From Burkholderiales bacterium (GTDB lineage Bacteria; Pseudomonadota; Gammaproteobacteria; Burkholderiales; SG8-39), in contig JBARMB010000050.1 in the NCBI GenBank assembly GCA_049802235.1, positions 23,577-87,576 of the forward strand: DNA of 64,000 nucleotides. The letters are read 5' to 3'. The position numbers were made by a program, and so were the translations under genes. The notes beneath the pieces were generated by a model. It was not told the DNA's origin. It did not search any database and saw only the letters and a list, made by a program, of their open reading frames with translations. Below are positions 42,311-52,359 of the stretch, in pieces. Numbering within the stretch: the first letter of the stretch is position 1; every line of letters begins with the position of its first letter.

Positions 42311-45300
42311 TTAACGATTCATAGCTTGCCACATTTTGGCCAATCGCTTCACCGATACCGGCACCGGCGTCTTCAGCTCCTGGGCGAAGAGCTGCACGCG
42401 CAGCTCCTCGATCAGCCAGCGGAACTGCTCCATCTGCGGATCGCGTCCGCCCGACTTTACCTGTCTCATCTGCTCGCGTTGCCACTGCGACAGCAACGGC
42501 GAGAGTTCCGCGGCGAGCCGCGCGTCGCGCTGCGGGTCGGCGCGCACCTTCTCCAGCCGCAGGCTCGCCGCCTTGAGATAGCGTGGAAAATGCTGCAGCC
42601 GCTCGTAAGGCGTCTCGCCGACGAAGCGCTTCGGCAGCAGGCGCGCGGCGCTCTCCTGCAGGTCGCGGCAGGCATCGGGGAACGCCTTCGACATCTGTTG
42701 CAGCTTTTTCTGCAGCGCCTGGTGCTCGGCGAGAATCGCCGCGACGAGGCGCGCGATCTCCTGTGCCAGCAGGCCGACCCGCGAACGCGCCTCGCCGAGA
42801 CGCTGCTCGAACTCCGCACGCGTCCGCGGCCACGGTGCCTGCATGCAGGCACGATCGAACGCCGCCGCGAGCAACTGGGCCTTGAGCTCGGCCGCCTCGC
42901 CGAAAGCGGCGAATTGCAGCGCCATCGCCTGCAGGCCAGGCAGGTTTTTCTCGATGTGGCGCGCCTGCTCCTTCAATTGCAGCATGAACAGCCGCCGCAG
43001 GCCGGCGCGATGCATCTCGCGCGCCTTGTCGGCGGAGTCGAGCAACTCGAGGCTGACGCTGTCGCCGTGGTCCACGAGCGCCGGATGACCGATCAGCGTC
43101 TGCGTGCCACGGCGGACTTCCATGACCTCCTCGAGCTCGCCGAAGTCCCAGCCGGTCAGCTTCGCGAACTCGGGGGCGGTCCGCACCAGCTCGGAGAACC
43201 GCTCGCCCGCTCTTTCCCCCAGCTCGGCGCGCAGCTGCGCGAGATTGCGCCCCATCGCGAGCTGCCGGCCGTGCTCGTCGACGATGCGGAAATTCATCGA
43301 CAGGTGCGCGGGCAGCGTCTCCGGCCGGAAGGCGTCGGACGGGATGGCGAGATTCAGCTCGCGGCGGGCGTGGCGCGCGATCGCCGCGGCCAGCGGCACG
43401 TCCTGCGCCTCGTTCGCGGCAAGGAAGGCGTCGGCGAATTCGGGCAGCGGCCCGAGCTGGTGACGCAACTTTTGCGGCAGCGATTTGGCGAGCAGCATGA
43501 CCTTCTCGCGCCGCGGCCCCGGCACCAGCCAGTCGCACTGCGAAGCGTCGATCTGGTTGAGCGCGACGAGCGGCGCGGTCAGCGTCACGCCGTCGCGCGG
43601 CGAGCCCGGCTCGTGATGGTATTCGAGCGCGAAGCTGCGCCCGGCCATCCCGATCTGATGGGGAAATCTTGCGGTGGTGATGCCGGCCGCTTCGTGCCGC
43701 ATCAGGTCTTCGCGCCTGAGGAACAGGAGCTTCGGGTTCTTCGCCTCGGCTTCGCGGCGCCAGGCATCGAAGTCCGGGCCGTTGTGCATGCCCCCGGGAA
43801 CCAGGCTGTCGTAGAAGGCGTAGATCAGCTCGTCGTCCACCAGCACGTCCGGCCGTCGCGACTTGTGCTCGAGCTGCTCGATCTCGCGGACGAGCTTGCG
43901 GTTATGCAGGAAGAACGGCGCGTGCGTCTCGTAATCGCCCGCGACCAGCGCCTGGCGGATGAAAACCTTGCGTGACTCGACCGGGTCCATCGGGCCGTAG
44001 TGGACGCGCCGGTTGGTGTAGAGCGGCAGGCCGTAGAGCGTGGCGCGCTCGAACGCGGCCACGTGCGCCGGCTTCCTCTCCCAGTGCGGATCGGCCTGGT
44101 GGCGCTTCACCAGATGCGCGCCGATCGTCTCCAGCCAGCCGACCTCGATGGCGGCGACGCAGCGCGCGTACAGCCGCGTCGTTTCGGTGATTTCCGCCGC
44201 CATGATCCAGCGCCCGGCCTTCTTTCCCACGCCCGAGCCGGGATGCACCCAGAACCGGATCCCGCGGGCGCCGAGATAGTCGCCCTCCTCGGTCTTCATG
44301 CCGGCGTTGCCGAGCAGCCCGGCGAGCAGCGCGCGATGCACCTGCGGGTAGCTCGCCGGCGTCTCGGACTGCCGCCAGCCCAGCTCGGCGACGAATTCCT
44401 TCAGCTGGCCGTGGATGTCGCGCCATTCGCGCATGCGGTTGAACGAGAGGAAGTTTTCGCGGCAGGTTTGAATAAGCTTGCGGCCGGACTTTTTGTGCAC
44501 AAGCATCTCTTCGAAAAACCTCCAAAGCCTGAGGTAGGCGAAAAAATCCGATCTCTCGTCGTCGAACTTTTTCTGCGCCTCGTCGGCGGCGCCGGCGCGC
44601 TCGTGCGGCCGCTCGCGCGGGTCCGGCACCGACAGCGCCGCGGCGATGATGAGGACTTCGCCCAGCGCGTTCTCCGCTTTCGCGGCGAGCACCATGCGGC
44701 CGATGCGCGGGTCCAGCGGCAGCTTCGCCAGCTGCCGGCCGGTCTCGGTCAGCTCACGCGCTTCGTCGACGGCGCCGAGCTCCGCGAGCAGCGCATAGCC
44801 GTCCTGGATCGCTTTCGCCTCCGGCGGATCGATGAACGCAAACTCCTCGACCGTACCCAGGTCCAGCGCCTTCATGCGCAGGATCACGCTCGCGAGCGAT
44901 GCGCGCAACACCTCCGGATCGGTAAACGCCGGGCGCAGCTTGAAGTCGTCCTCGGCGTAAAGCCGGATGCAGACGCCGCTCGCGACGCGGCCGCAGCGCC
45001 CGGCGCGCTGCGTCGCCGCCGCCTGCGAGACGGGCTCGACGCGAAGCTGCTCGACCTTGTTGCGGTAGCTGTAGCGCTTCACGCGCGCGAGGCCCGCATC
45101 CACCACGTAGCGGATTCCGGGCACGGTCAGCGAAGTCTCGGCGACGTTGGTCGCGAGCACAATGCGCCGCCCGCCGTGCGGCTTGAACACGCGCTCCTGC
45201 TCCGCCGCCGAGAGCCGCGCGAACAACGGCAGGATTTCCGTGTGCGCGGGATGGTGCTTTCTCAGGGTCTCCGCCGCCTCGCGGATTTCGCGCTCGCCGG

Positions 45301-46033
45301 GCAGAAACACCAGCACGTCGCCCTCCCCCCCACCAATGCGCGCCAGCTCGTCCACGGCATCGGCGATCGCCTGGTTGAGGTCGTAATCTTCTTCGCCAGC
45401 ATCGATCGGCCGGTAACGGACTTCGACCGGGTACAGCCGGCCCGAAACCTCGATCACCGGAGCACCGCCGAAATACTTCGAGAACCGCTCGGCGTCGATG
45501 GTCGCCGAGGTGATTATGAGTTTCAACCCCGGGCGCCGCGGCAACAGCTGCCTGAGGTAACCCAGCAGGAAATCGATGTTGAGGCTGCGCTCGTGCGCCT
45601 CGTCGATGATCAGCGTGTCGTACCGCCGCAGCTCGCGGTCGCCCTGCGTTTCCGCCAGCAGGATGCCGTCGGTCATCAGCTTGATATAGGAGCGCGGACC
45701 GACTTTGTCGGTGAAACGGATCTTGTAGCCGACCGCTCCGCCCAATTCGGTCTTCAGTTCCTGCGCGATGCGCGCGGCGGTGGCGCGCGCCGCGATGCGT
45801 CGCGGCTGGGTGTGGCCGATGAGGCCTTCGACGCCGCGGCCGAGCTCGAGGCAGATCTTCGGCAGTTGCGTCGTCTTGCCCGAGCCGGTCTCGCCGCAGA
45901 CGATCACGACCGGGTTCGCGGCGATCGCCCCGGCGATCTCGTCGCGCCGGGCGGAGATCGGCAACTCGGGCGGAAACTCGGGCCGCGGCCGCAACGCGCG
46001 CCGTTGCTCGAGCTCAACCGGGGAAAACGCCAT
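42311..46033 (-). CDS. hrpA: ATP-dependent RNA helicase HrpA
   Basis: 1240 aa DEAH-box protein with GETGSGKTTQLP, DEAHERS, TNVAETSLTVPGI and QRAGRCGR motifs and a long C-terminal HrpA-specific region. Confidence 0.96.
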   Translation of the reverse strand: MAFSPVELEQRRALRPRPEFPPELPISARRDEIAGAIAANPVVIVCGETGSGKTTQLPKICLELGRGVEGLIGHTQPRRIAARATAARIAQELKTELGGAVGYKIRFTDKVGPRSYIKLMTDGILLAETQGDRELRRYDTLIIDEAHERSLNIDFLLGYLRQLLPRRPGLKLIITSATIDAERFSKYFGGAPVIEVSGRLYPVEVRYRPIDAGEEDYDLNQAIADAVDELARIGGGEGDVLVFLPGEREIREAAETLRKHHPAHTEILPLFARLSAAEQERVFKPHGGRRIVLATNVAETSLTVPGIRYVVDAGLARVKRYSYRNKVEQLRVEPVSQAAATQRAGRCGRVASGVCIRLYAEDDFKLRPAFTDPEVLRASLASVILRMKALDLGTVEEFAFIDPPEAKAIQDGYALLAELGAVDEARELTETGRQLAKLPLDPRIGRMVLAAKAENALGEVLIIAAALSVPDPRERPHERAGAADEAQKKFDDERSDFFAYLRLWRFFEEMLVHKKSGRKLIQTCRENFLSFNRMREWRDIHGQLKEFVAELGWRQSETPASYPQVHRALLAGLLGNAGMKTEEGDYLGARGIRFWVHPGSGVGKKAGRWIMAAEITETTRLYARCVAAIEVGWLETIGAHLVKRHQADPHWERKPAHVAAFERATLYGLPLYTNRRVHYGPMDPVESRKVFIRQALVAGDYETHAPFFLHNRKLVREIEQLEHKSRRPDVLVDDELIYAFYDSLVPGGMHNGPDFDAWRREAEAKNPKLLFLRREDLMRHEAAGITTARFPHQIGMAGRSFALEYHHEPGSPRDGVTLTAPLVALNQIDASQCDWLVPGPRREKVMLLAKSLPQKLRHQLGPLPEFADAFLAANEAQDVPLAAAIARHARRELNLAIPSDAFRPETLPAHLSMNFRIVDEHGRQLAMGRNLAQLRAELGERAGERFSELVRTAPEFAKLTGWDFGELEEVMEVRRGTQTLIGHPALVDHGDSVSLELLDSADKAREMHRAGLRRLFMLQLKEQARHIEKNLPGLQAMALQFAAFGEAAELKAQLLAAAFDRACMQAPWPRTRAEFEQRLGEARSRVGLLAQEIARLVAAILAEHQALQKKLQQMSKAFPDACRDLQESAARLLPKRFVGETPYERLQHFPRYLKAASLRLEKVRADPQRDARLAAELSPLLSQWQREQMRQVKSGGRDPQMEQFRWLIEELRVQLFAQELKTPVPVSVKRLAKMWQAMNR

Positions 46034-46076
46034 CAGCAGACAAGACCGCCGGGCCTGAACGGACGATGCGCGCCGC

Positions 46077-46664
46077 TCATTCCCGACCGAGCAACCGCCC
46101 GACGTAACGCGCCAGCAGATCGACTTCGAGATTCACGCGGCCACCGCGCTTGAGGTGCTTCAGCGACGTAGCCGCGAGCGTGTGCGGAATCAGGTTGACC
46201 TCGAACTCGCCGCCCTCGGCGGCGTTGACCGTGAGGCTGACGCCTTGCACCGTGATCGAGCCCTTGCGGGCGATGTAGCGCGCAAGCTCCGCCGGTGCGC
46301 GCACGCGTAGCAGGCGGCTCTCGCCCGCGGGATCGAAGCGCACGACCTCGCCGACACCGTCGACGTGTCCGGCAACGAGGTGGCCGTCGAGCCGGTCGGC
46401 GAGCCGCAGCGCCTTCTCCAGATTCACCTCGCCGGGCTCGCTCAGGCCCGCAGTGCAGCGAAGGGTTTCCTGCGACACGTCGACATCGAAGCCGGAGGCG
46501 GTCGTGGCGACGACGGTGAGGCAGGCGCCGTTGACGGCGATGCTGTCGCCGGCGGAAACGTCCTCCATTACGAGCGCGCCGGCATCGATGGCGAGGCGCA
46601 GGCCGCCCTCGCGCTGCTCCACCTTTTCGATGCGTCCGATTGCCGCGACGATGCCGGAGAACAC
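46077..46664 (-). CDS. ribE: Riboflavin synthase
   Basis: (M)FSGIVAAIG...GDSIAVNGACLTV repeated as GSITVQGVSLTV (the two lumazine-binding repeats). GTG start. Confidence 0.95.
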   Translation of the reverse strand: MFSGIVAAIGRIEKVEQREGGLRLAIDAGALVMEDVSAGDSIAVNGACLTVVATTASGFDVDVSQETLRCTAGLSEPGEVNLEKALRLADRLDGHLVAGHVDGVGEVVRFDPAGESRLLRVRAPAELARYIARKGSITVQGVSLTVNAAEGGEFEVNLIPHTLAATSLKHLKRGGRVNLEVDLLARYVGRLLGRE

Positions 46665-46666
46665 GG

Positions 46667-47755
46667 TCAGCCCGTCCGCGCGAGAATGCGAAGGTCCGCG
46701 CCGATCCGCTCCACCCCGCGGATCGTCAACGGTGTCGCCTGCGAAAGCCCGGTGAGCTCGGGCAGATAGAACATGCCGCGGCCGGAATCGCCGATCAGAC
46801 TCGGCGCGAGATAGACGAGCAGTTCGTCGACCACGCCCGCCTGGAGCAGCGAGCCGTTCAGCTTCGCGCCCGCCTCGACGTGGATTTCGTTGAATTCGCG
46901 CCGCGCGAGTTCCTGCATCAGCTCGAACAGCTCGACCTTGCCGCGCTCGTTGGGGATGAGCGCGACTTCGGCGCCCGCGGCCTCGAGCGCCGCGATCTTC
47001 TTAGCGTCGTTCACCGCGCCGACGACCAGTGCCTGGCCGCCCTTGAGTAGACGCGCTGCCGGTGAAATCTCGAGCTTCGAATCCACCACTATCCTGAGCG
47101 GCTGGCGCGGCGTTTCGATCCCGCGCACATTGAGCTGAGGATCGTCGTCCCTGACCGTGCCGACGCCGGTGAGGACGGCGCAGGCGCGCGCGCGCCAGCG
47201 GTGGCCGTCTGCCCGAGCGGCCTCGCCGGTGATCCACTGGCTTTTTCCATTGGCCAGCGCAGTGCGGCCATCGAGGCTCGCGGCGATCTTCATTCGCACC
47301 CACGGCCGCCCGCGCGCCATGCGCGCGGCGAAGCCGATGTTCAGCTCGCGCGCTTCCTCTTCCATCAGCCCGCTCTCGACGCGCATGCCGGCGGCGCGCA
47401 GCTTTACGAATCCTCCACCGGCGACTTTCGGATTCGGATCCCGCATCGACGCCACCACGCGCGCCACGCCCGCAGCGACAATGGCATCGGCACAGGGCGG
47501 CGTGCGGCCGTAATGGCTGCAGGGCTCGAGGTTGAGGTAGAGCGTCGCGCCGCGGGCGCGCGCGCCGGCCTCGGACAGCGCCAGGACCTCGGCGTGCTGC
47601 TGGCCGGCTTTTTCGTGCCAGCCGGTCCCCACCACGTCACCGTCCTTGACGATCACGCAGCCGACGCGCGGATTGGGCGTGGTCGTATACAGCCCGCGCG
47701 CGGCGAGCTCGAGCGCCTGCTGCATGAATCGATGATCGGCCGCGGAGAAGGACAT
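46667..47755 (-). CDS. ribD: Bifunctional diaminohydroxyphosphoribosylaminopyrimidine deaminase / 5-amino-6-(5-phosphoribosylamino)uracil reductase
   Basis: Deaminase zinc motifs HAEVLAL and LEPCSHYGRTPPCA, followed by the reductase domain. Confidence 0.95.
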   Translation of the reverse strand: MSFSAADHRFMQQALELAARGLYTTTPNPRVGCVIVKDGDVVGTGWHEKAGQQHAEVLALSEAGARARGATLYLNLEPCSHYGRTPPCADAIVAAGVARVVASMRDPNPKVAGGGFVKLRAAGMRVESGLMEEEARELNIGFAARMARGRPWVRMKIAASLDGRTALANGKSQWITGEAARADGHRWRARACAVLTGVGTVRDDDPQLNVRGIETPRQPLRIVVDSKLEISPAARLLKGGQALVVGAVNDAKKIAALEAAGAEVALIPNERGKVELFELMQELARREFNEIHVEAGAKLNGSLLQAGVVDELLVYLAPSLIGDSGRGMFYLPELTGLSQATPLTIRGVERIGADLRILARTG

Positions 47756-47834
47756 GGTCTGGAATCCGACCGCAAATCAAAACGTCAAGGGCGCAGAGGG
47801 GTTCAGACATTCCTCCGCGCCCTCTGCGGCGAAG

Positions 47835-48320
47835 CTATTTCACGCTCTTGGCGCGGCCGCGCTTGCCGCCGGGTTTCTTCACTTCGAGGATCGCCTCGTG
47901 AAAATCGTCCACGCGCTGGAAATCCTCGTACACGGACGCGAAGCGGATGTAGGCGACGTCGTCCATCTTCTTCAGCTCGCGCATGACCATCTCGCCGATG
48001 ATGCGGCTCGGCACCTCGCGCTCGCCCAGCGCGAGAACGCGCTGCTCGATGCGGGTGATGGCCTGATCGACGTACTCGGTCGGCACCGGCCGCTTGTGCA
48101 GCGCGCGCATGAAGCCGGTGCGGATCCTCTCCCGGTCGTAGGGCATGCGGTGGCCATTCGTCTTCACCACCATCGGCATCGACAGCTCGACGCGCTCGTA
48201 GGTGGTGAAGCGCTTGCCGCATTCCTCGCACTCGCGCCGGCGGCGCACGCTGTCGCCGTCCTCGGAGAGCCGCGAGTCTATGACCCCGGTGTCCTCAGCC
48301 TTGCAGTACGGACATTTCAT
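47835..48320 (-). CDS. nrdR: Transcriptional repressor NrdR
   Basis: MKCPYCK...[17 protein letters not shown] zinc ribbon plus an ATP-cone domain. Confidence 0.97.
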   Translation of the reverse strand: MKCPYCKAEDTGVIDSRLSEDGDSVRRRRECEECGKRFTTYERVELSMPMVVKTNGHRMPYDRERIRTGFMRALHKRPVPTEYVDQAITRIEQRVLALGEREVPSRIIGEMVMRELKKMDDVAYIRFASVYEDFQRVDDFHEAILEVKKPGGKRGRAKSVK

Positions 48321-48368
48321 GGCGAAAAACTACCTCGGTTGGCCTCATGACGTTTTTCCGCCCGCTGC

Positions 48369-49643
48369 TCAGGCAGGAACCTTCTCCCGTGCCGCCTCGG
48401 CGCGATACACGGGGAACCGGCGGCACAACTCGGCGGTTTCGGTGGCCACCCGCCTGATCGCTTTTTCGTCCTGCGGCGCGTCGAGCACGTCGGCGATCAG
48501 GTTTCCAAGGCGCGCGGCTTCGGCCTCGCGGAAGCCGCGCGTGGTCATCGCCGGCGAGCCGATGCGGATGCCGCTGGTGACGAAGGGTTTCTGCGGATCG
48601 TTGGGGATGGCGTTCTTGTTGACGGTGATGTGCGCGCGGCCGAGCGCGTCCTCGGCATCCTTGCCGGTGATGTTCTTGGCGCGCAGATCGACCAGGAACA
48701 TGTGGCAGTCGGTGCCGCCGGAGACGATGCGCAGGCCGCGGGACTGGAGCGTGCTCGCCGTGGCCTTCGCGTTCGCGATCACCTGTTTCTGGTAGTCGCG
48801 GAACCCGGGCTCGAGCGCTTCCTTGAATGCCACCGCCTTCGCGGCGATCACGTGCATCAGCGGCCCGCCCTGGAGAGTCGGGAAGATCGCGGAGTTGAGG
48901 ATCTTCTCGTGCTCGGCGCCGGCGAGGATCAGCCCGCCGCGCGGGCCGCGCAGCGTCTTGTGCGTGGTGCTGGTGACGAAGTCGGCGATCCCCATCGGGC
49001 TCGGATACAACCCGGTGGCGATCAGCCCGGCGTAATGCGCGATATCGGCCATCAGCCATGCACTCGCCTCGTCGGCGATGCCGCGCAGCCGCTGCCAGTC
49101 GATCACGCGCGAATACGCCGAGGCGCCGGCAACGATCATGCGCGGATGGTGCTCGCGCGCAAGGCGCTCGACTTCGTCGTAGTCGATTGTCTCGCCGGCG
49201 TTCAGGCCGTAGGAGAGCGCATGGTAGAGCTTGCCGCTGGCGTTCACCCCCGCGCCGTGCGTGAGATGCCCGCCGTGCGCGAGTGACATGCCGAGGAGAG
49301 TGTCGCCCGGCTTGAGCACCGCCATGTACACCGCCTGGTTCGCCTGCGAGCCCGAATGCGGCTGGACGTTGGCGTATTCGCAGCCAAACAGCCGCCTGGC
49401 GCGCTCGATCGCGAGGGTTTCCGCGATATCGACGAAGGCGCAGCCGCCGTAATAGCGCTTGCCCGGGTAGCCTTCGGCGTACTTGTTGGTGAGCTGCGAC
49501 CCTTGGGCCTCAAGCACCGCCGGGCTGACGTAGTTCTCCGAGGCGATCAGCTCGATATGATCTTCCTGGCGCTGGTTTTCCTGCTGGATCGCGGCCCAGA
49601 TCTCCGCGTCGGCTTGCTGCAGGTGCTTGTCGGGGTCGAACAT
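48369..49643 (-). CDS. glyA: Serine hydroxymethyltransferase
   Basis: [19 protein letters not shown] and [14 protein letters not shown] (PLP lysine). Confidence 0.97.
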   Translation of the reverse strand: MFDPDKHLQQADAEIWAAIQQENQRQEDHIELIASENYVSPAVLEAQGSQLTNKYAEGYPGKRYYGGCAFVDIAETLAIERARRLFGCEYANVQPHSGSQANQAVYMAVLKPGDTLLGMSLAHGGHLTHGAGVNASGKLYHALSYGLNAGETIDYDEVERLAREHHPRMIVAGASAYSRVIDWQRLRGIADEASAWLMADIAHYAGLIATGLYPSPMGIADFVTSTTHKTLRGPRGGLILAGAEHEKILNSAIFPTLQGGPLMHVIAAKAVAFKEALEPGFRDYQKQVIANAKATASTLQSRGLRIVSGGTDCHMFLVDLRAKNITGKDAEDALGRAHITVNKNAIPNDPQKPFVTSGIRIGSPAMTTRGFREAEAARLGNLIADVLDAPQDEKAIRRVATETAELCRRFPVYRAEAAREKVPA

Positions 49644-49745
49644 TTGTTATCGGCGTGACGGGAAAAAAACATTTTATCATGGCCGGCGCGGCTGCCGGCG
49701 CCAGCTTGCAGCGTCATCCCGCTGATTCGCCGACGATCTTTTCAA

Positions 49746-50399
49746 ATGGGTACAATGGAAACGCAACCATCGATAGATGGCGTGCGCGAAAGGACAGCCT
49801 TGGCTCCGAAAGAAGACCCGGCGAAACCGGAGTTCTGGGAAAAGCGCTTTCGCGAAGGCGTGACGCCCTGGGATGCGGCCCGCGTTCCCGCCGCGCTCGG
49901 GCAGTTTCTCGAGACCGAGCCGCGCGGGCAGCGCGTGCTGATCCCGGGCTGCGGCTCGGGCTATGAGGTGCGCGCTTTCGCCGCGGCCGGATTCGACGCG
50001 CTCGCAATCGATTACGCCGCCGCCGCGGTGGAGCGGGCGCAACAAACATTGGGGCCGCTTGCGCGCCTGGTCCGGTTCGCGGATTTTTTCGAATTCGATG
50101 CGGACGGGCCGTTCGATCTGGTCTACGAACGCGCTTTCCTGTGCGCCCTGCCGCGGCGCCTGTGGCCGGCCTACGCACTGCGCGTCGCGGAACTGCTGCG
50201 TCCCGGAGGGCGGCTCGCCGGCTTTTTCTTTTTCGACGACAACGAACGCGGCCCGCCTTTCGGGCTCAAGGCAGGCGAGCTCGAAGCCTTGCTCGGCGGG
50301 CATTTCGAGCGGATGGCTGACGCGGCGGTCGATGACTCGATCGCGGTGTTCGTCGGCAGGGAGCGGTGGCAGGTGTGGCGGCGCAAGCCGGAGGTTTGA
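49746..50399 (+). CDS. SAM-dependent methyltransferase, thiopurine/halide methyltransferase (TPMT)-like
   Basis: PEFWEKRFREGVTPWD and VLIPGCGSGYEV motifs, about 215 aa. Start is ATG 49746 or 49755. Confidence 0.8.
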   Translation: MGTMETQPSIDGVRERTALAPKEDPAKPEFWEKRFREGVTPWDAARVPAALGQFLETEPRGQRVLIPGCGSGYEVRAFAAAGFDALAIDYAAAAVERAQQTLGPLARLVRFADFFEFDADGPFDLVYERAFLCALPRRLWPAYALRVAELLRPGGRLAGFFFFDDNERGPPFGLKAGELEALLGGHFERMADAAVDDSIAVFVGRERWQVWRRKPEV

Positions 50400-50470
50400 T
50401 CTGGATCAGATGCCGGCCCGGCAGTGCGGTTAGCATGGCTCCGACGAGCGATCTTTACGTGGAGGCCAGC

Positions 50471-50677
50471 ATGAAAATCAATGTCGGCAGCATCGACCGG
50501 GTAATTCGCGTGGTCGTCGGGCTGGGTATTCTCAGCCTGCTGTTTTTCCTCGAAGGCAATGCCCGCTGGTTCGGGCTGATCGGTCTCGTACCGTTGTTCA
50601 CCGGACTGTTCAGCTTCTGCCCCGTGTACACCCTTTTCGGCTTCAGCACCTGCCCGCCGCAGGAAAAACCCCAGTAA
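50471..50677 (+). CDS. DUF2892 (YgaP-like) small membrane protein
   Basis: 68 aa, NVGSIDRVIRVVVGLGIL...GLIGLVPLFTGLFSFCPVYTLFG. GGAGG RBS at 50461-50465. Confidence 0.75.
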   Translation: MKINVGSIDRVIRVVVGLGILSLLFFLEGNARWFGLIGLVPLFTGLFSFCPVYTLFGFSTCPPQEKPQ

Positions 50678-50688
50678 AGCGCGCGCGG

Positions 50689-51666
50689 CTACTGCAGCAG
50701 GCGGCACGCTTCTTTCAGGTCGACGTTGCCGCCGGAGAGAATCACGCCGACGCGCTTGCCGGTAACCGGCAGGCGGCGCTCGAACAGGCCGGCGGCGCCA
50801 AGCGCGCCGGTCGGCTCGACCACGATTTTCATGCGCTCCCAGAGATAGAACATCGCGCGCGCGAGTTCGGCGTCGCTCACCGTCACCACGTCGTGCACAT
50901 AGGCGAGCAGCAGCGGAAACGTCACCTTTCCGAGGGAAAGGGTGCGCGCGCCGTCCGCGATGGTGTCCGGGTTGTGGCAGGTTTGCAGCGTTTTTGTCCT
51001 GAACGAGCGCGTCGCGTCGTCACCCGCCTCGGGCTCGACGCCGATCACGCGGCAGGCCGGCGCGAGATGTGAAGCGGCCACCGCGCAGCCCGAAATCAAT
51101 CCGCCGCCGCCGCAGGGCACGAAAAGATAATCCAGCGGTCCGGCATCCTCCAGCAGCTCCATCGCCGCCGTCCCCTGGCCGGCGACGACGTGAGGGTGAT
51201 CGAAGGGCGGAATCAGCGTCAGCCCGCGCTCGCGCGCGATCGACTCGCTGAGCGCCTCGCGCGACTGCGAATGGCGGTCGTAGAGCACGACTTCGGCACC
51301 GTAGCCGCGCGTCGCTTCCAGCTTCACGGCGGGAGCGTCCGCCGGCATGACGATGGTGGCGCGGATGCCCAGAAGCTTGCCGGCAAGCGCCACCGCCTGC
51401 GCGTGGTTGCCCGACGAGTAAGCCAGCACGCCGCGCCGGCGCGCCTCAGGCGAGAGCTGCGACAGCGCGTTGAACGCGCCGCGGAACTTGAATGCGCCCG
51501 TGCGCTGGAAGTTCTCGCACTTGAAGAGCACCTCGGCGCCGGTGCGCTTGTTCACCGTGCGCGAAGTCAGAACCGGCGTGCGCTGCGCATGGCCGGCGAG
51601 CCGCGCGGCGGCAGCGACGATGTCCGCGTATCGGACCGTGTTGGCGTCGTCGTCGGGAGCATTCAT
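50689..51666 (-). CDS. PLP-dependent threonine/serine dehydratase (short form, no regulatory domain)
   Basis: 325 aa with the PLP-lysine motif FKCENFQRTGAFKFRGAFN and the GGGGLISG glycine loop. Confidence 0.85.
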   Translation of the reverse strand: MNAPDDDANTVRYADIVAAAARLAGHAQRTPVLTSRTVNKRTGAEVLFKCENFQRTGAFKFRGAFNALSQLSPEARRRGVLAYSSGNHAQAVALAGKLLGIRATIVMPADAPAVKLEATRGYGAEVVLYDRHSQSREALSESIARERGLTLIPPFDHPHVVAGQGTAAMELLEDAGPLDYLFVPCGGGGLISGCAVAASHLAPACRVIGVEPEAGDDATRSFRTKTLQTCHNPDTIADGARTLSLGKVTFPLLLAYVHDVVTVSDAELARAMFYLWERMKIVVEPTGALGAAGLFERRLPVTGKRVGVILSGGNVDLKEACRLLQ

Positions 51667-51723
51667 GCAGGGTTGAGGCCTGTCTTTCGGTACCGAATTT
51701 TACGCCGCCGCGTCTTCGGCGCG

Positions 51724-52359
51724 CTACGTCTGGTCGAGGCTTGCGGCAGGCAGATGGGAAACGTCGCCCCAGGATTCCAGCGTCCAGCGGCCGGCGGCGT
51801 AGCGGAACGTGTTGAGACTGGCGTTGTGGAGCGCGTAGTCGCGCCTGGCATAGAGCGGCATCCCGTGCGCGAGCCGATGCATGATCCCGAGCACGCCGCC
51901 GTGGGTGACCACGGCAATGCGCCTGCCGGCCGTGCGCCCGGCGATGGCGGCGAGCGCCGCGGTCACGCGATCGCGGAAGCGGGCCGCGCTCTCTCCGCCG
52001 GATGCGGCGTGATGCGGATCGCGGCTGCGGAGTTTTTCGTATTCCGCCGGAAAGTCGCGCTCGATCTCGGCAAAGGTACGGCCTTCGAAGACGCCGTAGT
52101 TGCGCTCGCGCAGCGCCGCGTCGAAGACGACCGGCAGCCCGGTGGCGGCGGCGATCGGCGCCACGGTCTGGCGCGTGCGCCCGGCGTCGCTGGAGAACAG
52201 CGCATCGACGCCCTCGCGCGCGAGGCGTGCGGCCAGTGCGTGCGCCTGCGCGTGGCCGGTTTCGGTGAGCGGGCTGTCGGCGTTGTAGCCCTGGATGCGG
52301 CCGGCGCGGTTCCACTCGGTCTCGCCATGGCGGATCAGGATCAACAACGACTCAGCCAC
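51724..52359 (-). CDS. Histidine phosphatase (phosphoglycerate mutase-like) family protein
   Basis: LIRHGETEWN catalytic motif, 211 aa. GTG start overlaps the upstream gene by 8 nt. Confidence 0.85.
   Translation of the reverse strand: MAESLLILIRHGETEWNRAGRIQGYNADSPLTETGHAQAHALAARLAREGVDALFSSDAGRTRQTVAPIAAATGLPVVFDAALRERNYGVFEGRTFAEIERDFPAEYEKLRSRDPHHAASGGESAARFRDRVTAALAAIAGRTAGRRIAVVTHGGVLGIMHRLAHGMPLYARRDYALHNASLNTFRYAAGRWTLESWGDVSHLPAASLDQT

Noticed and set aside
42209-46153. 588-aa and 717-aa + strand ORFs opposite hrpA
   Set aside because: Both are antisense to the DEAH helicase with all its motifs intact. Neither has domain-like sequence or a convincing RBS.
47756-47834. FMN riboswitch upstream of ribD
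   Set aside because: The nrdR-ribD gap is only 79 bp and lacks the conserved FMN-element core. ribD is probably co-transcribed with nrdR.
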